A stretch of 64,000 nt of DNA from Vicugna vicugna (Eukaryota), in contig MU058540.1 in assembly GCA_013265495.1 (NCBI GenBank), positions 2,195,696 through 2,259,695 of the forward strand. Direction: 5' to 3'. Positions within the stretch are counted from its first letter, which is position 1. Each line of letters begins with the position of its first letter. The position numbers were made by a program, and so were the translations under genes. Under the pieces are notes generated by a model. The model did not search any database and was not told the DNA's origin. It saw only the letters and a list, made by a program, of their open reading frames with translations. Below are positions 57,564 through 64,000 of the stretch, piece after piece.

Positions 57564-60500
57564 CTAAGAAATAAGAGAAACATGTTCATTCCACATGGAC
57601 AGAAGAAAACAGGAACAAGTAACAGATAATACAAACAGAATGTTATTAGTGGTAGACTAGCAAAACATTAACTACCACTTTATCTCAGGTAGGAAAATAC
57701 CAGTTTTTAAAAAGCCAGTACACGATTAAAATTCAGAAAATATATAAAAAGAACAAAGGGAAAAAATTACTGGAATCTCAGTATCCAAACAGAACTGCTG
57801 ATAAAACTATTACAACTTCCTCCAGTATTTTGCCGTGTTTTTATAAAACTGTATATTGGTAAACGCATACTTCATAAACAAATTTGTATCCTGTTTTTCT
57901 TATTATATTACGAACTTTTCCCCTCATCCTTATGCAGTCTCTTAAATTTTACATGTGCCCTTTGAAGTATCACCACTTACTCTGGTACATTCTACTAAGT
58001 TAGACATTTAATTTGCTTCTAATTTTTCACAACTGAAAAATAAAGCTGTCGAGTATTTTTGGAGAATCTTTAGTCTGGACTTAGAATTATTTCCCTAAAG
58101 TTAAACTACCAGATAAAGATAGAAATATTTTCTCTACTTATAAAAATAACATGTGAAATGTAGGAAATTTGGAAAATAATTATTTTGTTTTAAAATACCT
58201 CTACTCTGAACATATTAACAATTTGGACTATTTCCTTCCAGTCTGTGTCCATGAACAGTTTTTAGGACTATTATATAGTATGACTTTTCTGAAAGGGTTG
58301 TGGTGAATTTCATCTCCAGCCACATACAGGCTTCTGGTATTTAAGTATTACTAAGTTCAGAAAACTTAAGCTTATTTGATAGGTAAAAATGCTATCTCAT
58401 TTTATAATGCATTAAAAACTTTTAAATTAATTTCCTTTCTCTTTACACCTTATACCAAATATTTGAGCACTAAGAAGTTCATTCAGGAGGCAGAAAGACT
58501 TAGATTTGCATTCAGGCTCTGACATTTATTAGCCGCCTGCTTCATAAAGCTTTAAGCAAAGGAAGAAAAGTACACAGCCCTCAAAAGAATTTTGATTCCC
58601 ATTTTTCAGTACTATATTTGCATTTTCATCAACCTGTTTCATCAGATTGTTTTTTCAAAAGATTCAATTTAACAGAAAAAATTTTAATAGTAAAACCAGT
58701 TACATGGGCTACTGAGACATAAGAAATACCTTGGAAAGCATTAACTAATGACTCAGATTTAGATTTCTGGTGGCCATTCCAACCTGCCTCAATTCTTGGT
58801 ACATTTTTGTCCCCCAGAGGAGACCAAAGGAGCTACAAAACTGCCTGATTCAATGTGTTCATTCTTAGTGAAAACATGTCTTTGGTAAACTTATTTACTA
58901 TGGAACTACCTGGCCTACTTTTCTAAGTGGAAATAATGAGTCTGAATGAATATTCCCAAATTTATGATTAAGACAGGTTTCTAAAACAAAGGCTGATTTC
59001 AAACTTGTTGCCTTATACAATTAAAATTGATTGTAAGAACTAGAATTCTGAAAAATTTGAAAAGTAGTGAAATATAAGTAGCAAAAACCAGACATGAAAA
59101 TGCTGGATTACAATTCCACAAGTACCACAGGAGTAGTAAATTTAAAAATTTATTTTTTAAAGATTCAAAATATATTTGGAAGCAAATATATTTGTGAAGA
59201 GTTGTTTTTAGTTATAAAACTGAACATTGTAAGTATCATTCCCAGTTCAAGGATTCAAAACTGAATTATAAATTGCAAGTCACAATGTAAGATAAAAGTC
59301 TTCACCTTGACCAAGACTGGTAAAGAAGAAAATCTCATCTTATTCTAAACTGATACAGAAATAGATCATGTAAGGGGGAAAAATCCTACTTTTTAACTTT
59401 CAAATTTCATTTACACATATACTTAATTTATACTTAAGTATCAATTTTAAATACACATATGTCTTAAGTGTTCTGTCATCTCTCTCTGTGTTAGATGGCC
59501 TGTTTCCTCAAACCCACAGTCTTCCTCCATCTTGATTTACTCCATTTACTCCATTTTCACAGAGCACATTTATCAGTAACTTCTGGAGAATGAGTGCATG
59601 GGAGGTATCCTTGACTGCTAGTCTGCATATAAAATACTGCTCTCTTGCCTTCTAGCTTTCAGTGGTGCTGTTGACAAGTCAATCAACAGCTTCTGAGCCT
59701 TAAAACAGGGCTTGCTTTTCCACCTGGAAGGTGTTTTTTTGTTTGTTTTTTGTTTTTTAATTTTGATCCTCATGTCCTTTAATTTTCTGAGTGGTTTTTA
59801 TAAAATTCACCTTGCTAAGTGTTTTTTGTGTTCTTGCAAACTAGAGATTCATTCAGTTCTGAATTTCCTGTATTTCACTGAAAATTTAATCCCCTTCATA
59901 TTCTCTCCTCTACTCTCTCTAGAACTATTTTTTTTTAAGGTACTGGATCTACTGGCTTACTTCATTAATTTTCTCATATTTTCTCTGACTCTAGTTTTTT
60001 GTTCTACATTCTAGATGTATCTTCCTAACTTGCGTTGTCTTTTAAATTTCATGTTTTAATTTCCCACACTTTATTTTTGCTCTCGAACAATTCCTTTTCT
60101 ACACACTCCTGTAATGTTTCAATGATGCACTGCCTTCTTTACTCTTAAGGATACGATTTATAGTTTTAAGTTTCCTTCTGATCTTTGTATTGTCTTGACT
60201 TTCTCAAACTGCCCATGTTTTACTAATGCCATACTTTTACACATGATGTTCATCAACAAACTTCAGACAACTGAAAAAAGCCCGTGTCAGAAAAAGATAA
60301 AAATCCAAAACAAAAAGAAAAGAGAAATTTTGAGGAAAGAGAGACAGTTACTATTAGATAATGAGGATAAGATGAACATGATTAAAGAGCTCAAAAATCA
60401 CTGTAACTGTGATTGATGGGTGTTATAAGAAAACAGTACAAAAAATGTGAAGAAATGCTACAGAAAGGAATTTCAGCTTATTAACATTTGAAACTAAAAA

Positions 60501-61314
60501 CCTTCTTCCTAGGACAAAAAAGAGTTATAAAATATAGTCTGTTCTTTTAAACTCTTCATATCTATTTCATGCTTCAAGTATTTGCTATTCACGTTAGAAG
60601 AAAAAAAACTATGTCAGTACTTTAAAGCTCTCAAAGCATATCAAGTTTAACCCAGTACATCTACAAATCACTTAATATAAACGGAAATGGACAACAGATC
60701 AAATTTTAATAGCAGTATGCTTTTAAAGGAGTTAAATAATTTATAACCTGATCAAAACACCAGTAATGTTAAAAACAGAAATATAGCTGGCTGTGGTACA
60801 GAACAGAGCCAAAGCAAAATTCTGGGAGGAAGGCAAAAAGTAGTGGAAAACTTGACAGTTTTGCTCTTGCTTATATTTCCAAGCTAGACTTGACACAGAA
60901 ACTCGAGTGTGAACAGAGATGATAAAAGCCCAAGAGCATTTTCTCTTCTAAGGATCCTTTCAGCTCAAGATTCCATTTCTGGTAAATCATCACTAACCAC
61001 CCAAATAAATAGTAAAACCAAAGTACCAAGCAAAATTTACTGAGTCTTTTGTAGCCAAATACTATATATTCATAATCACCATAAAGAATACGCTATTTAT
61101 GAGTTTTCACTTAACATTTCATGAATTTATAAATTCAAATTAGCCACATGTGCTCCCCTGCTCCCTTGTTTTCTAAATAATAAATAATGAAGAAATTCTT
61201 GTAGTTCAAAACAAAAACAAAAACAAAAGCACTACTACAAAGTCTATTACTGTCTCACCAAATTGTTTTATAACCTACTAGGGTTTGAAGAACACTATCC
61301 TAGAAATTAACTTC

Positions 61315-61790
61315 TTTACTGAGATTTAATTCACATCCATAAGTTCACCAATCTAAAGTGTACAGTTCAGTTGTTTTAGTGTATTCACAGAGTTGTGTAA
61401 TCTCATCACAATTTAAATTTAGAATATTTTAATCCCTCACAGCCCTCCCAAATCCAAACCCATTAGCAGTCACTCACCATCACAGTCTTCCCCCAGACTC
61501 TAGAAATCACTAATCTACTTTCTGTCTCTGTGAATTTGCTTATTCTGGACCCTTCGTATAAATGGAATCATACACTATGTGGTCTTTCACGACTGACTTC
61601 TTTCACTTGGCATAACGTTATTAAGGTTCATCCATGTTGTAGGATGTATCCATACTTCCTCACTTTTATGGGTGAATAATATTCCATTGTATGGATATAC
61701 TACATTTAAATTTATCCATTGGTCAGCTGATGGCCATTTGGGTTGTTTCTACTCTTTGACTATTATGAATCTTGCTGTTATGAATGCCCT
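61315..61790 (-). mobile_element. L1MB 3' fragment
   Basis: ctaatctactttctgtctctg...aatggaatcataca...aaggttcatccatgttgtag. Confidence 0.75.
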
Positions 61791-63560
61791 AGAAAAAGCA
61801 TGTGCAAGCATGTTCACAGCAGCACTGTTTGTAATAACAAAAAGCAGGAAACAACTAAATGTTCATCAAGAGGAGAACAGGTAACCAAATTATGGTGTTC
61901 TGATACAATAAAATATATCTAACAGTGAAAACAAATAAGCTACATACATCAGCATGAATGAACTGCACAAACTTATATGGAGTACAAATAGCAAGCTGTA
62001 GAACATATACAATGCATCACTTTCAATCAAATGTTTAAAACATACAAAATAGCCAATACATAGTTAAAATATAAAGAATTACAGAACAGCAACTAGTAGG
62101 TAAATAATTCCCAGAGATCTAACACACAGCACAGTGATTACAGACAAAAAAGCTGTTGTATAACAAACATTGAACTTTCTAAGAGACTAGATCTTAACTG
62201 TTCCCACCACTAGAAATAATAACTATGATATGCAACAGAAGTGTTAGCTGACACTACACTGGCAATCATACTGAAATATAAATTTATCAAATCAATGTAT
62301 TGTACAATTTAAACTTACACAATATTTTAATTATACCTCAGTTTTTTAAAAAGCTGAGAAGAAAGAATGAAAAAAGGAACAACAACACAAAAGAAATATA
62401 GTTGGAAAAGTTTTCCAATTAATTTGAGAGCACTAGCATAACCCTGACATTCAAAGCAGAAAAGATTAACACACATGTATCCATGCACACACAAGTAGAA
62501 AACTACTGGTCAATCTCACCAATGAACTTCACACACAACTACTGAATACTCAATATTCACAAGAGGACAAAAAGTATCATTCAAACAGGAAACTTATTGT
62601 TATTCACTATTTAATATACATACAGAAGAAAAATACAAAAACTACAAAGACATTTGATAAAATTCAAGATGAATTTGAGATTGAAACACTTAACTAGGAA
62701 TAAACTGGAGAGAAACTCAACTCAGTTAAAGATGTCTATTAGAAAATCATAGAAACATTATACAAGTGTTTCACATTATACAAGATCTTCATTACAATTA
62801 CACAATTTTATGGATACTTTTCAAAGTTGTACTGGCAATCTTAGATAATAATTGAAGGCAAGAAAAAGAACCAAAACTGTCCTCATTACAAAGTGTCTAT
62901 TTACCTAGGAAATTGGAGAAAAGTCACTGAAAAATCAGTACATCCAATAAAGGGTTTTAGGGAAGGAGAAAACAAATTACAATACAAATTACAAAAGCAA
63001 CAGTATTTCTACATGCCAGCAATAACCAATAAAAAATGTTAACAGATAAAAAGCAATGTATTTACAAAAACAATAGCAACAGCTCTAAAATCTAGAAACA
63101 CACATGTCTGAAGGATATATGATGCCTTAACAAACAAACAAAAACAAACTACAGAATATTTCTAGATGGGAAGACTCAAAATTGTAAACATGTTAATTTT
63201 CCAGAAAGTAATCTATAAATTCAAAACAATTCCAATAGAAAGCAACATGGTATTTTGAAGAGCGTGATTTTGTAGTGTGACTGAAGTAAAATCTTGAAAA
63301 AGGAAATAAGCAAAAATAGCCAAAAATTTTTCAAAAAGGAGAAATGATATGGGAACTTGTTCTCCAGATAACAAAATATAATAAACAGCTATAGTAATTA
63401 ATCCTGGGAGCACTGGTACTGATTAGAATGAGATCTAGTCACGGACTCAAGTAAATATGGGAATTTAATATTAGATAAATATGGCATTTCAAAACAATAA
63501 AAAAAAAACATGAACTATTTATTATAATCACTGGGAAAACCAGCTATTTGGGAAAGCGGA
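61790..63560 (+). mobile_element. Mosaic of L1 fragments (ORF2 and 3' ends)
   Basis: atgttcacagcagcactgtttgtaata; gatgggaagactcaaaattgtaaacatg...aaattcaaaacaattccaat. Confidence 0.6.
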
Positions 63561-63564
63561 TCCT

Positions 63565-63815
63565 TCTAAGAGGGAGGTGGGAACATCAGAGTGAGGAGAT
63601 ATAATGACAGTGTGAGGAAGGAGCCATGAGCCAAGGAATGCAGGGGACCTCTAGAAGCTGGAAAAGACAAGGAAATGGATTCTTCCCTAGAGCCTCCAGA
63701 AGGAACACTGTCCTGCTGATCCATTTTAGACTTACAACCTTAGAACTGTAAGATAGTAACTTTGCATTGCTTTAAGCTACTAAATTCACAGCAGCTATAG
63801 GAAACTAATACAGCA
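63565..63815 (+). mobile_element. MLT1 (MaLR) LTR 3' part
   Basis: gagccaaggaatgcagg...ctagaagctggaaaag...ctagagcctccagaaggaa...ataggaaactaataca. Confidence 0.75.
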
Positions 63816-64000
63816 GTCTAGCATTACTCAAACTAGTAACATGCCAGTTCAAGAAAGCATTCAAATGCTCTATAAATATGTGAAAAGATTTCAAAACCAA
63901 TAGTAACAGGAAAAAATTAAAAGATAATTTTTTTGCCCACTGACTTGGCAGAAATTAAAAAGCATAATTTCGTATGACAAGGATTTGGAGGGAGTGAATA

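Noticed and set aside
57564..64000. Search for SRPK1 exons 1-2 (MERKVLALQARKKRTKAKK...)
   Set aside because: Not found; the region is AT-rich intron with L1 and MLT repeats and no CpG island, so the 5' end lies outside the window.

Overview
Mammalian genomic DNA, probably camelid judging by a Vic-1-like tRNA-derived SINE at about 37 kb. It carries the syntenic block CLPSL1(+) / CLPS(-) / LHFPL5(+) / SRPK1(-). CLPS (3 exons, 112 aa) and LHFPL5 (3 coding exons, 219 aa) are complete. CLPSL1 (exons 2-3 only) looks degenerate. SRPK1 is present from exon 3 to its 3' end; exons 1-2 lie beyond the window. The main discovery is a second, intact 93-nt homologue of SRPK1 exon 15 at 29918-30010(-). It lies 308 nt upstream of the canonical exon, has the same length and phase, and encodes an SRPK2/SRPK3-like version of the substrate-docking-groove helix. 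This is a candidate mutually exclusive exon switch, and the ORF track does not show it. Also seen: a U12 minor intron in SRPK1, an L1 RT remnant that appears to supply the LHFPL5 exon 3 branch point, small local duplications and the usual L1/L2/MIR/MER/LTR repeats. Exon numbers and residue numbers follow human orthologues from memory, and repeat family names and boundaries were called by eye.
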